From a virus, in IMG/VR virus record IMGVR_UViG_3300017963_000254, positions 1 to 64,000 of that record: a stretch of DNA of 64,000 bases, one strand, 5' to 3'. The translations under genes and the position numbers were made by a program. Each line of letters begins with the position of its first letter. Position 1 is the first letter of the stretch. The notes beneath the pieces are model-generated. The model searched no databases. It was not told the origin of the DNA and was given only the letters and a program-made list of their open reading frames with translations. Below, in pieces: positions 35,101 to 43,851 of this stretch.

Positions 35101-38100
35101 CAAGAAGTTCCTGTCGGCCGCACTCGACGGCAAGAAGCACACCGGAGCTGGCGCCGCGCCGGCTCAGTTCCTCTTCAAGCACGACGGTTACCGAGCGCTC
35201 GGCGAGGCGGCTGCCAACCGGGTCCAGTCGCTTCTCGGTCTGGGAGGCGTCGGCACGAACAGCTACGTCATGTCGCGAGGCGGCAAGACCGGCTTCGTGC
35301 AGTTCTTCCGCGTCACCAAGAACCTGCGGCACAAGTACGGTCACGGCGGTAAGCCGTGGCTGGGTCTTCCGGGGAGCGGCAAGGCCAACCCGCCCGAGGA
35401 TGAGCGGAAGCGCCTGGCGCAGGGCCTTCAGCTGGCTCTCGTGGGCAACTGGCTGATCGACGACAAGGACGATCACGGCGGCAACTTCGTGTTCGACGAG
35501 TCCGATCAGATCACCGGGATCGACCACGGGCAGTGCTGCAAGTTCTTCGACTCGGGCGGTACTCTGCTCTCCCACTGGGACTGGTCTACCGGCAAGATCG
35601 CCAACAAGGATGGCAAGGCCACGCTCGAGGCCAACAAGGGGTGGCCGAAGCGGATGCTCTACGACTGGGCGGCCGGCGCTGACCTGGGTCCCGACCAGAC
35701 CGCGATCCCTCTCCTGGCGCTGACAGACCCGGCGTTCGAGAAGATGATCCAGCGCGCCGAGGGCATTCCCGACGACGTCTACGACAAGATGTGGCGTCCA
35801 TATGCCGAGGGAGCCGTGTCGGCCGCGCAACGGGACGGTGAGCAGCGGCTCTCGCGATACTCCCACAACCCGAAGGACAGGACGGTCGAAGGCTTCCTCG
35901 ACGGGATGCAGAAGCGGCGCAAGTCGATCCGCAAGCAGGTCGCTGAGCTGTACTCGATGCTGGCGAAGAAGCGCGCACAGGCGCTCGCCGCGCACGGGGA
36001 CACGAGACCCCTGGCCGAGATCGAGGCCGACGTCCGCGAGCAGCTCGGCTTAGACAAGTTCGCGGCCGGAGCGGTTACCGACAAGCAAGCGGCCAAGATG
36101 TCGCCGCTGGCCGACGAGATCCAGGGCAGCGCTGACGCGCCCGGATGGGACGAGTCGAAGCTGCCCGAGTCATCTCACGTGCCGACGGCGGAGACGATCG
36201 CCGAGTGGGGCGTGAAGGGCTACGACATGGCCGTGGGCGGTGATGCCATCAAGGACGGTCGTGTCACGTTCCGACAGGTTGGCGAGATCCCGATGGTGGA
36301 CTTCCGGCTGGACAACCAGGCTCGCGCGGCGTTGCAGTCCCGTCTGCCCGGGTATTCGGGTGGGTCCACTGCGCCGCCCAAGCCGGCAGAGCCGTACTTG
36401 CCGCCGTTCACGCCTCCACCCAAGCCTACGTTCAACCAGTCGAACGAGTCTCTGGGAATGCAAGCGCTGACCGGTGGCGATCCAGGCGGCATGACCGGGC
36501 TCGCCAAGGGCGGCGTCACCGGAGATAACTGGACGAAGGTCGAGAAGTACGTCAGCAAGCACTACCTGCTGGATGGCGGGCCGGTCAAGCAGCCGAAGGG
36601 TTCGGTCTACTGGCTGAAGGGGCTGAAGGCCAGCCGCGATATGAAGCTGAGCGCGGATCCGGTAGTTGCGGCGGCCGGAGCGCACTACGAGAAGGAGCTG
36701 CTGAAGTTCGGCGAGGAGGGCGGCGAGGACGGGTTCGTGTTCAAGGCCAAGGACGATGTGCCAGAGGCCGATCGTACGATCACGCCGTTCAAGCTGACGC
36801 CGGAGCTGAAGAAGCTCCAAGACGCGGCGAAGGCAGATGTCGAGGCAGCGCACGCGAAGTCTGTCGAGGAGGCTAAGGCGGCGCACGAGAAGGAGGTGGA
36901 GGGGATCAAGGACAAGCACGCCGCAGCGATGGTCGTGTGGCAGGAGAAGTATGACGCCTGGAGCAGTGGGGGAGAGGCGGCAAGCGTCATCAAGGACGCC
37001 GTCAAGTACCCTCGGCCCCAGCAGCCGATCGGCGCGAAGCAGGAATCTGCCGGCGGTAAGGCTGGAGGAGGCTCGAAGTGGGACGGGTCGTGGGGCAACG
37101 CCTGGTACGCCGGAGGATCCGCTTACGAGATCGATCTGACGGATGCTGTAACACAGCTGGGCGGAGTCGCGACGGGCGAGAAGGATAGCCGTTTCGTGAT
37201 TCGCTACAACACCGGAAAGACGGCGGACGTCGATCCTAAGTCGGTGTCACAGAGCACAGCCGGGCTGCCCACCTTCTCCGGTAAGACCACCATTCAGTTC
37301 CCAAAGGGGTCGAACAAGGAGCAGATGCGCGCCATGATGAAGCGCGCGTTCGAGGTATTGGGCATCGACGCGCGGCCGGCCTCGGAAGAGGACCACGAGC
37401 TGAACTATGTGCGCAAGATGGCCTGGCTCCTCGGTATCGAGGGCGCGCACGGGACGGCGGTGAGCGGCGGCGCGGATGCTCGGTGGCACAAGGTCGAGCC
37501 GGCCGGTGGCACCCGCAGGGAGCGCATCGACTTCTGGATCGGCAAGCTCAAGAAGAAGGTCGGCTACGATCCGCGATATGCTCCGCAGCTGGCGAAGAAC
37601 GGGACACCCAAGACGGTACCGGGCAGCCACGGCAAGGTGATGATGCAGGGAGACGGCAAGGTGCCGAATCCCGCGTGGCGTCCACAGGCCAAGCGTGTTG
37701 CGAATCGCGTCGCCCACCGGCGGTTCGATTACACCGACGAGGCAATGATCCACCAGCTCTCGCTGGCCGATCCGCATGTTCCGGTGCAGCAGTCGAGCGA
37801 CCGGCTCGGCAAGATCCTCCAGGGCACGATGATGTCGTCGGCCGAGCGCACGGCGAACGGTATTCTGACGCCGTCCGGTGGTACAGAAGGCTCGGCCAGC
37901 GCCGACGCGGCGACTGGTGGAGGGCTTTCGGTGTTCCTCTACAACCGAAAGGTCAGTACTCACCACGTCATGGGCACAATGGGCAGAGTGGAGACGCGGA
38001 TGGTGTTCCACCCGTCCATTCACCTGTACACGAACACCTACGCCGTGCCCGGCGATTCCTACGGCTCGAAGGTCTCCAAGAGCTGGACCGAAAAACGGCA

Positions 38101-38383
38101 CAGGTCGCTGGACGAGGAGCGGCTGCTCACGGAGATTCGTCAGCACTCGTCTGGTTCTGCCGAGACGATGGCGATGGACCAGATCGACATCTTCCACCAC
38201 GTCCTGTTCTACAAGCTGGCCGAGCCGAAGCGCTCGAATACGATCAAGAAGCTCAAGAAGGCCGGCATCGACACGATCGGTATGCCTCCCCGTCCGGTGG
38301 AAGAGGTCATCGTCTCCCAGTTCAGCGAGAGCGACATGAAGGCCGTGCTGAAGGCGAGCGCCAAGAGCAAGGAGTGGAGCTGA
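32123..38383 (+). CDS. Giant 2086-aa protein with HipA/PI3K-like kinase domain and possible C-terminal ADP-ribosyltransferase-like domain
   Basis: FLFK...GEAAA...NWLIDDKDDHGGNF...GIDHG; N-terminal MNWATLIEA. Confidence 0.75.
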   Translation: MNWATLIEADCDKDIKIKDPTPKPEVQASPVILARVSTTIISRRKGLDAQLAKMAKKKAKAGKAKTDKAKHKADVAVACDELRVKARAADLELALNRWKNLEPMAKSNLEKYQGQRANLAAKGKDTSKVDETIASIEAWLHFGGKQSGAGQEHLGGYSDENFKPPPLDNVSYDFGKNKVFGPSGEEFDVVAHVAAEKEKAATATATAVLEPPPEPKPAEPVAKSVDALTASELAALKTDLKAAYLDGVSKGTLNPLPHDVFKKAGVATPVVGWMLPSSSETASNQLWTSIKDEVAVSSLDDLDMEEATKLVSTAMKIVSDQMKLDVAASSAFKKVTAVKAMRTASAGVIGKVLGLKPALAFIDQARDKWYSVPKPLHAYTPSKQSQIKGIAKSLAIESAFADLGHGPLASKIKDKASTEGLGLSAVAASELSMDAVVSYTNLGLEQLNADQKQAVMAVAKKAVDSGKSVHDALKAAGIVHLNKSGMKQLQDEVGAKPDEAGFLKEIEDALDSIAPGDVIPLEPAAIISHIDQFWGMPFIGLMSKYHIEKVKGTKLENDVKAKALYVVLKRWNPEKLIQFVHDEWDFAFGDKETAPGEGYALHYVDGVFTMNTPSVVKLGGWPEAIKEITKKHHQEWLAEKAWPPWSAKWDKDHPTAPTQDDIDNFADWVIADPEFIPPGVIPSGSALHNAVIKWAEDHLGGDMGPITDAIHKKSETAPIDISSDEELGAASISINATETGDTEPKPLPQKPALPTVSGKTKVTKISKPHHLTGEQKKLLDGLVSVAIGGGLPFTKTGALKTQLGSVAGGIAKQFKDAHLAAGTKLTIGKPLVQAALEKALVGIKHSDWLAYETYKALSAEVISSALTNSQLAALGDLVNECFTHETYQKKEGGGYYGGPFKNKKQKQLFNELISKCEAVAAAPTVPEQVTGPAGAAYGGSMSVAELFGMSKPDLDEFASLGLVSGMTTAPPIDSSWTSSSSDLDDSGGSQGSTKKFLSAALDGKKHTGAGAAPAQFLFKHDGYRALGEAAANRVQSLLGLGGVGTNSYVMSRGGKTGFVQFFRVTKNLRHKYGHGGKPWLGLPGSGKANPPEDERKRLAQGLQLALVGNWLIDDKDDHGGNFVFDESDQITGIDHGQCCKFFDSGGTLLSHWDWSTGKIANKDGKATLEANKGWPKRMLYDWAAGADLGPDQTAIPLLALTDPAFEKMIQRAEGIPDDVYDKMWRPYAEGAVSAAQRDGEQRLSRYSHNPKDRTVEGFLDGMQKRRKSIRKQVAELYSMLAKKRAQALAAHGDTRPLAEIEADVREQLGLDKFAAGAVTDKQAAKMSPLADEIQGSADAPGWDESKLPESSHVPTAETIAEWGVKGYDMAVGGDAIKDGRVTFRQVGEIPMVDFRLDNQARAALQSRLPGYSGGSTAPPKPAEPYLPPFTPPPKPTFNQSNESLGMQALTGGDPGGMTGLAKGGVTGDNWTKVEKYVSKHYLLDGGPVKQPKGSVYWLKGLKASRDMKLSADPVVAAAGAHYEKELLKFGEEGGEDGFVFKAKDDVPEADRTITPFKLTPELKKLQDAAKADVEAAHAKSVEEAKAAHEKEVEGIKDKHAAAMVVWQEKYDAWSSGGEAASVIKDAVKYPRPQQPIGAKQESAGGKAGGGSKWDGSWGNAWYAGGSAYEIDLTDAVTQLGGVATGEKDSRFVIRYNTGKTADVDPKSVSQSTAGLPTFSGKTTIQFPKGSNKEQMRAMMKRAFEVLGIDARPASEEDHELNYVRKMAWLLGIEGAHGTAVSGGADARWHKVEPAGGTRRERIDFWIGKLKKKVGYDPRYAPQLAKNGTPKTVPGSHGKVMMQGDGKVPNPAWRPQAKRVANRVAHRRFDYTDEAMIHQLSLADPHVPVQQSSDRLGKILQGTMMSSAERTANGILTPSGGTEGSASADAATGGGLSVFLYNRKVSTHHVMGTMGRVETRMVFHPSIHLYTNTYAVPGDSYGSKVSKSWTEKRHRSLDEERLLTEIRQHSSGSAETMAMDQIDIFHHVLFYKLAEPKRSNTIKKLKKAGIDTIGMPPRPVEEVIVSQFSESDMKAVLKASAKSKEWS

Positions 38384-39105
38384 TGGACCTTGCACAGTTC
38401 AAGGCGCAGATCGACAGCGGCAAGTACGGTCTCGTGCGCGAGTTCCCGGAGGTCGGCGCAGAGGAGCTGTTTGGCGAGGTCATGGATGTCATCGTCGGCA
38501 GGTCCAGGCTCGCGGTCATCATCGGCAACGACGAGGAGTCCGGGCCTGGGCCTTTCCGTGTGCGTACTCTTCGTGTCAGCGAGGTCATCTCGCTTGGGCC
38601 GGACAAGGTCACGGTGGTCGAGGATGTGGGCTGGCCGGTGACCGCGTGGCAGTTCGTCAGGCGGAAGCCAGGCGAGGATGCCGTGTGGAACACCAGGCTC
38701 GCGTACTACGACGACTACGAGGACGCAGCCGAATCGCTCGCTACGCAGAAGTTGTCCGAGATGCCGGCTCACCGAGAGTCCGAGCTGCAACGCTTCGATT
38801 ACGTCCAGTGGTCGGTCATCGTCGGCGGCGAGGTGATGCCGGCCGGGGTGCTCCTCCGCCACCCGGACGGTGTCCTTCGCGTCGAGGAGTTCCATGGGCA
38901 CGAGGACGATGCCGACTACTGGAGCAGTCGCTACGAGTTCGTGCCGGAGAACTTCCTCGACGACATCAATCACTCATCAGGCCGAGACGAGGTGTTCTCG
39001 GAGACCAAGGTGGTGCTCGCCAATTCGTTTGCGGATGCGCTGGACAGGGCCAAGTACGCTTTCGCGAAGGAGCACTACGAGCAGACAGGAAGGAGCCTCT
39101 TCTGA
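38383..39105 (+). CDS. Acidic hypothetical protein coupled to the giant gene
   Basis: TGATG overlap, AAGGAG upstream. Confidence 0.7.
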   Translation: MDLAQFKAQIDSGKYGLVREFPEVGAEELFGEVMDVIVGRSRLAVIIGNDEESGPGPFRVRTLRVSEVISLGPDKVTVVEDVGWPVTAWQFVRRKPGEDAVWNTRLAYYDDYEDAAESLATQKLSEMPAHRESELQRFDYVQWSVIVGGEVMPAGVLLRHPDGVLRVEEFHGHEDDADYWSSRYEFVPENFLDDINHSSGRDEVFSETKVVLANSFADALDRAKYAFAKEHYEQTGRSLF

Positions 39106-40142
39106 TGGACGAGCAACAGCTGATCGACGCGGTGGCGACGCTCTCCACCTCGTCCGCGTTCCGGCACGGTGACGCCGGCACGTTCTCTGTCGCGTTCCTC
39201 CGGCACCAGGCTGAGCTGCCGGGGCCGGCTGATCCGCAGAGGTACCTCCGGTCCATGGAGGGACAGCTCGGGTTCAAGGTGGCCGAGGACGACAGTGTCG
39301 CGATCGTCGGCGCAGGGAACGGCGGGCTGGTGGCCGAGGCGCTCCTGGCCGGAGCCGAGCAGGCCGTCGCGATCGAGCCTCGCGCGCGCTATCGCGAGGC
39401 GGTCGACCAGGTGGTCTCGCTCCTGCGCGAGACCCACGAGCGGGTCGATGTCAAGACCTACCTCGGCTGGCCGAGCCCCAAGTCCACCCTCGGCCCGTTC
39501 GACCTGATCCTCTGGCCGGAGGGGCTCGACGAGTGCACCGATCCGGCCGTCGTCCTGGCCAACCTGCTCAAGTGCCTCCGGCCAGAGGGGTTGCTGTGTG
39601 TCGAGGTCACCCACGGCGAGAACACCAAGCTCGAGGCGCCGCTCAACTCGTTCCGGCCGACCGAGGACGCGTGGGCCGAGCTGCTCGACCAGCTGGGCGT
39701 CAAGGTCGCGGCGCAGGGCTCCGGCCGCGCGCAGAACCGCGTGCTCTACCGGCTCGATGCGGGGAAGGCCGTGAAGGCGCCGGCTCCAAAGCCGAAGCCG
39801 AAGCCCGCGCCCCTGCCGCCGTTCCCGAAGCCCGTGCCCCCCAAGGCCGCGCCCAAGCCGATGACGACGCCGATGCCCGAGAAGGATCTGTCGGTTCGCG
39901 CGCCCGACCCGGAGCCCAAGGTCGAGGAGACGAAGCCGCCGAAGCTGGTACCGAAGCCCGTGGCGAAGCCGAAGGCGGTTCCGAAGGTGGTCGAGGGGCC
40001 GAAGCCGGCCGAGAAGCCGAAGGTCACCAAGAAGAAGACCAGCAAGAAGACGTCGAGCCGGGTCAAGAAGGAGGAGGCAGCTCCGCCGCCTCCGGCGCCG
40101 GCCGAGAAGCCGAAGGCCGAGCCGAAGGACGAGACCGAGTAG
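39105..40142 (+). CDS. Class I SAM-dependent methyltransferase-like domain with Pro/Lys-rich tail
   Basis: VAIVGAGNGG, AIEP, FDLIL, LRPEGLL; TGATG overlap. Confidence 0.6.
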   Translation: MDEQQLIDAVATLSTSSAFRHGDAGTFSVAFLRHQAELPGPADPQRYLRSMEGQLGFKVAEDDSVAIVGAGNGGLVAEALLAGAEQAVAIEPRARYREAVDQVVSLLRETHERVDVKTYLGWPSPKSTLGPFDLILWPEGLDECTDPAVVLANLLKCLRPEGLLCVEVTHGENTKLEAPLNSFRPTEDAWAELLDQLGVKVAAQGSGRAQNRVLYRLDAGKAVKAPAPKPKPKPAPLPPFPKPVPPKAAPKPMTTPMPEKDLSVRAPDPEPKVEETKPPKLVPKPVAKPKAVPKVVEGPKPAEKPKVTKKKTSKKTSSRVKKEEAAPPPPAPAEKPKAEPKDETE

Positions 40143-40202
40143 CGCATACCGCGATTAGGCTCAAGTAGTTAGAATCCACGGTCAGTAGCGGAGGTCGCGC
40201 CT

Positions 40203-40562
40203 GTGTCGAAGACCGTCAAGATCCAAGCTCAGTTCCAGGTGATCGACGCTGACGGTACGCAGGCCATCAACCGGGTCACCAGGGATGAGGTCAGCATCGA
40301 GGAGGGCACCGGCGTCTTCCCTGAGAAGATCGCGCCCTCGACGGTCGATCATCCGGTCCAGTTCTCCGGCGTCACCAACGGCAAGCGCGTCTTCCTGCGC
40401 TCGAACCAGGAGGTCACGCTCAAGATCAACAACATCGGGGACATCGGCTTCCCGTTTGGCCCCGGAGATGGCTACCTCACCAGCTACACCGGAATCACCG
40501 CGCTCTACGTCACTACCGGCGGGAGCGAGACCGAGTTCGAGGCCGTGGTCACCGGAGATTGA
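40203..40562 (+). CDS. Small beta-rich protein, possibly structural
   Basis: GGAGG SD; Thr/Val/Gly-rich. Confidence 0.6.
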   Translation: MSKTVKIQAQFQVIDADGTQAINRVTRDEVSIEEGTGVFPEKIAPSTVDHPVQFSGVTNGKRVFLRSNQEVTLKINNIGDIGFPFGPGDGYLTSYTGITALYVTTGGSETEFEAVVTGD

Positions 40563-40577
40563 GCGAGGAGATAGGGC

Positions 40578-40955
40578 ATGGCTCACCAGCACCACTTCCA
40601 CGTCAAGACCGACGACTGGCCGGTGGTCTCGAACACCGATCAGCTGATGATCGTGCACCGCAATCAGCTCGCGATCAACGCGGTGCTCTACATCGGCGCG
40701 CACAAGGAGTCCGTGGTGGAGATCCGGTCGGCGACCGATCGGGAGACCGTCGAGACGGCCACCATCCCAGCCACAGGCGGGTCGGCGCTGACCATCCCCG
40801 CCGGCGGTATGGTCAAGTTCGACCTTCCCGGAGGTGGCACCACGCCACTCGACCTGGTCACGAAGCTCTCGCTTCTCAGGGGGAGCGTCTTCGTGCACAT
40901 CTCGTCGTCGGGCGAGTTCGACACGCATCTCAAGCAGGTGGACACAGGCATCTAG
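40578..40955 (+). CDS. Small beta-rich protein, possibly structural
   Basis: GAGGAG SD; GC3 bias. Confidence 0.6.
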   Translation: MAHQHHFHVKTDDWPVVSNTDQLMIVHRNQLAINAVLYIGAHKESVVEIRSATDRETVETATIPATGGSALTIPAGGMVKFDLPGGGTTPLDLVTKLSLLRGSVFVHISSSGEFDTHLKQVDTGI

Positions 40956-40989
40956 TCACTAGGGCCTCCCATTCACGATGGAGGAAGCA

Positions 40990-41277
40990 ATGAGCACGTT
41001 CGACAAGCTGGCCGGCATCGATGAGGGCGTGACCCTCACGCGTCGTCCGCTCAAGACCCTCGACGAGGCGGGCGGCGGCAAGAAGGTCACGACGGCAGCG
41101 ACGACCGACTACGGCCCCACGCCGCCGAACACCAAGCTCGGTACGCCGAACAGTGCGTTCCGGCCGATGCCGAGTTCCCAGATCGGCGGAGCGCCGCCGT
41201 TCCCCGTCAAGCGGCGTCAGGTCCGTACCGGGAAGGTGGCGTCGCCGCGCCAGCCGATTCCCGTGCGGAAGGAGTAG
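40990..41277 (+). CDS. Small basic putative internal head protein
   Basis: GGAGG SD; GIDEG, RRPLKTLDEA. Confidence 0.6.
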   Translation: MSTFDKLAGIDEGVTLTRRPLKTLDEAGGGKKVTTAATTDYGPTPPNTKLGTPNSAFRPMPSSQIGGAPPFPVKRRQVRTGKVASPRQPIPVRKE

Positions 41278-41313
41278 CGCAACTCCTCCCAACCGCGTCT
41301 GGAGGTCGCGCTA

Positions 41314-41655
41314 GTGGGCTATCTGTCTGACAACCTGGCTCCGGGGAAGTCCGTCGCGGACTGCCCGGAGCTTTACCCGTATGCGATGGTCGTCGAGTAC
41401 TCGCGCAACGACCCGTTCTTCGCACCCGGGCCGGTTGACCAGATCGCGTTAGCCATCCGCGAAGCGCTTCCCGATGTCGAGGTCTGGCAGCGTTCGATCG
41501 TCCGCCCCGACGAGAACCGCGTGAAGTTCCGGTTCCGTTCCGAGGGCGAACGCACTCAGGGCAGCGACGCTCTCACCTCCGTCGATCCGTCGATCTCGAT
41601 CCGCCGGATCGTCTTCCTGAACCCGCCCGATCGAGCGAGACGAGGAATCCCATGA
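41314..41655 (+). CDS. Hypothetical protein
   Basis: GGAGG SD. Confidence 0.6.
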   Translation: MGYLSDNLAPGKSVADCPELYPYAMVVEYSRNDPFFAPGPVDQIALAIREALPDVEVWQRSIVRPDENRVKFRFRSEGERTQGSDALTSVDPSISIRRIVFLNPPDRARRGIP

Positions 41656-43850
41656 GCGAGCCGTCCAAGACCACGCTCCCGCCGCAGATGCTCAAGAACG
41701 CGAAGAAGTGGGCGAAGATCAGCGGGAAGACGCTGTACGTTTACTGGAGCCCGGCGATGGGCCGGCCGATGTTCGCCGAGGGTCCGCCCAGCGATCCCAA
41801 GCGGTTCAAGGTGCTGGCGATCGTCTCCCCGGACGGCAGCGTCAAGAAGATGCACGGCAAGAAGGCGACGGCCGTCGCCGAGGCGCAGGACCCGTTCGAT
41901 GTCATGGTGGACCTGTCGCGCGGCGCGTTCGCCGGCTACCAGGGGCCGTTAGCCGAGGCCAAGGCGCCTCCGAAGCCGGTCGGCAAGGCGCAGATCGCGC
42001 TGATGACCTACCTCAAGAAGTCGCACACGGCCGGCGGTCCGATGTTCCCCAAGAACGAGCTGACGGATGTGGTGCGCCACCCGATGTTCCGGGCGATGCA
42101 CTTCGGCAAAGTGAGCAAGGCGGCTTCGGTCCTGGCCAAGAAGGGTCTGGTCAAGTTCGACGGTCTGAAGATCTCGCTCGTGGAGGGCTCGACGAAGCAC
42201 GGCCAGTCGATGTCGTCCGGGTTCTCCCGAGACGCCAAGCTGATGGCGCCCGGCACCCGCGAGCTGGTGCTCAAGAGCCGCATGACCGAGATCGAGGCGT
42301 TCGCCGAGGATCGCGGCTACGACCCTGCGATGGTGTTCGCCGTCGCCGAGGTCTCCATGCGGATGGGCCGAGTCCCCGACCTCCGGCAGTACGGCTTCGC
42401 CGGTGAGGATGCGAAGGCCGTCCGCCACTTCGTCGCCGGCGACATCCTCAACATCGCGGTCGAGGACGTGCAGCATCTCCGACGAGCGCCCGGCTGTTCC
42501 TACGGGTCAGCTGGCGCGCTGCCGGTTGATCTCGAGGAGGACCAGCTGGAGGAGGGCCGCCAGGATCGGCAGCTCGGGCTCCACACGAACAGCGATGGCT
42601 CGGGGTTCACTGCCCTGACCCACTCGGCCAGCAAGACGTTCAAGAGCCGGGGCGGCGCGGTCCGCTGGCTCAAGAAGCGCGGCTACGACGAGAAGGGCGG
42701 CCGGATCAAGCAGGAGGACGAGGACTGGTCCGAGGCCGAGGCCCTCTGCGAGGCGACCGCTCTGCGAGCGCCCGGCGCCGCTCATGTGCTGGCCAACTCG
42801 CTCTCCGGTGATCTGGACGAGGACCGGGTTCACCGGAACGCGGCCGGCCCGGCGATGACCGAGACCGCCTACAACATCCTCGCGACGCCGGCCGCCGCGC
42901 CGACCGGCAGCGACGTGGACAAGATGGCGAAGGAGATCGAGAAGGCCCTCGCGCCTCTCTACAAGGGTCGCTACCTCTCGGTCAAGGCGCAGGACGTGTT
43001 CGGCCAGGCGAAGTCGGTCCACATCCGCGCCGGCAACATCACCCCCGCGATGATCAAGCACAACGTGGCGTGGCACAACGACCCCTACAAGTTCCAGGCG
43101 ATCGTGGGCGGATTCCTGAAGGACGGCTCGGCCGGCCCGAAGATCAACGTCGAGCAGATCGCCGGCCACTACAACAAGAAGAGGATGCGCAAGAAGACCA
43201 TCAAGCCCGGCAAGGAGTCCTTGATGGTCCAGCACATCAAGAAGTACGTGACCGGGCTGATGAAGGACGCTCCCGCGCCTCGCGCCGAAGACGTGGGGGC
43301 GCTCGACGAGGCCAAGGTCAAGCCGAAGATCCGGCGCGAGAAGATGCTTGGGCACCAGCTCTGGGTCGTTTCTCTGTCAGGAAAGGACATCGGTTCGATC
43401 AGCAAGCCTGGGCGCGACACCAAGGCGTCGAAGTCGGCGTGGGCGGCCTACGTGGGCATCGGCAGCAAAGCGCGCCACGTCGGCAACTACTGGGACAAGA
43501 AGAAGGCGGCCAACGAGGTTGTCAAGGCGGCGGCCGTGGCCGAAGACGTGGAAGCGCTGGCCGAGGAGGGTCTCTCCGAGGTCTCCCCGCCCGGCTGGTC
43601 CGGCTCCGTCAGGGCGATGAAGGGCGAGCCGGCGGAGAAGCTCAAGAAGTACGCCGACGAGCCCAAGAGCGACGACGAGAAGAGCATCGACAACCCGTGG
43701 GCGCTCGCCTGGTACATGCACAAGAAGGGCGCGAAGCCCCACTACAAGCCCGAGAAGGGCAAGCCGAAGTACACGCCGCCGAAGAAGAAGAAGGAGGAGG
43801 ACGCCGATCTCAGATCGGCCGTCGCCGCCTTCCGCGCGATGGAGGACTAA
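41652..43850 (+). CDS. Modular putative head polyprotein
   Basis: Basic modules separated by acidic linkers with LAEA, LVEG, LEEG, LCEA, LDED, LDEA, LSEV. Confidence 0.65.
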   Translation: MSEPSKTTLPPQMLKNAKKWAKISGKTLYVYWSPAMGRPMFAEGPPSDPKRFKVLAIVSPDGSVKKMHGKKATAVAEAQDPFDVMVDLSRGAFAGYQGPLAEAKAPPKPVGKAQIALMTYLKKSHTAGGPMFPKNELTDVVRHPMFRAMHFGKVSKAASVLAKKGLVKFDGLKISLVEGSTKHGQSMSSGFSRDAKLMAPGTRELVLKSRMTEIEAFAEDRGYDPAMVFAVAEVSMRMGRVPDLRQYGFAGEDAKAVRHFVAGDILNIAVEDVQHLRRAPGCSYGSAGALPVDLEEDQLEEGRQDRQLGLHTNSDGSGFTALTHSASKTFKSRGGAVRWLKKRGYDEKGGRIKQEDEDWSEAEALCEATALRAPGAAHVLANSLSGDLDEDRVHRNAAGPAMTETAYNILATPAAAPTGSDVDKMAKEIEKALAPLYKGRYLSVKAQDVFGQAKSVHIRAGNITPAMIKHNVAWHNDPYKFQAIVGGFLKDGSAGPKINVEQIAGHYNKKRMRKKTIKPGKESLMVQHIKKYVTGLMKDAPAPRAEDVGALDEAKVKPKIRREKMLGHQLWVVSLSGKDIGSISKPGRDTKASKSAWAAYVGIGSKARHVGNYWDKKKAANEVVKAAAVAEDVEALAEEGLSEVSPPGWSGSVRAMKGEPAEKLKKYADEPKSDDEKSIDNPWALAWYMHKKGAKPHYKPEKGKPKYTPPKKKKEEDADLRSAVAAFRAMED

Positions 43851-43851
43851 C

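Noticed and set aside
39780-40140. DNA repeat in Pro/Lys-rich tail
   Set aside because: Low-complexity protein coding, not a discrete nucleotide repeat
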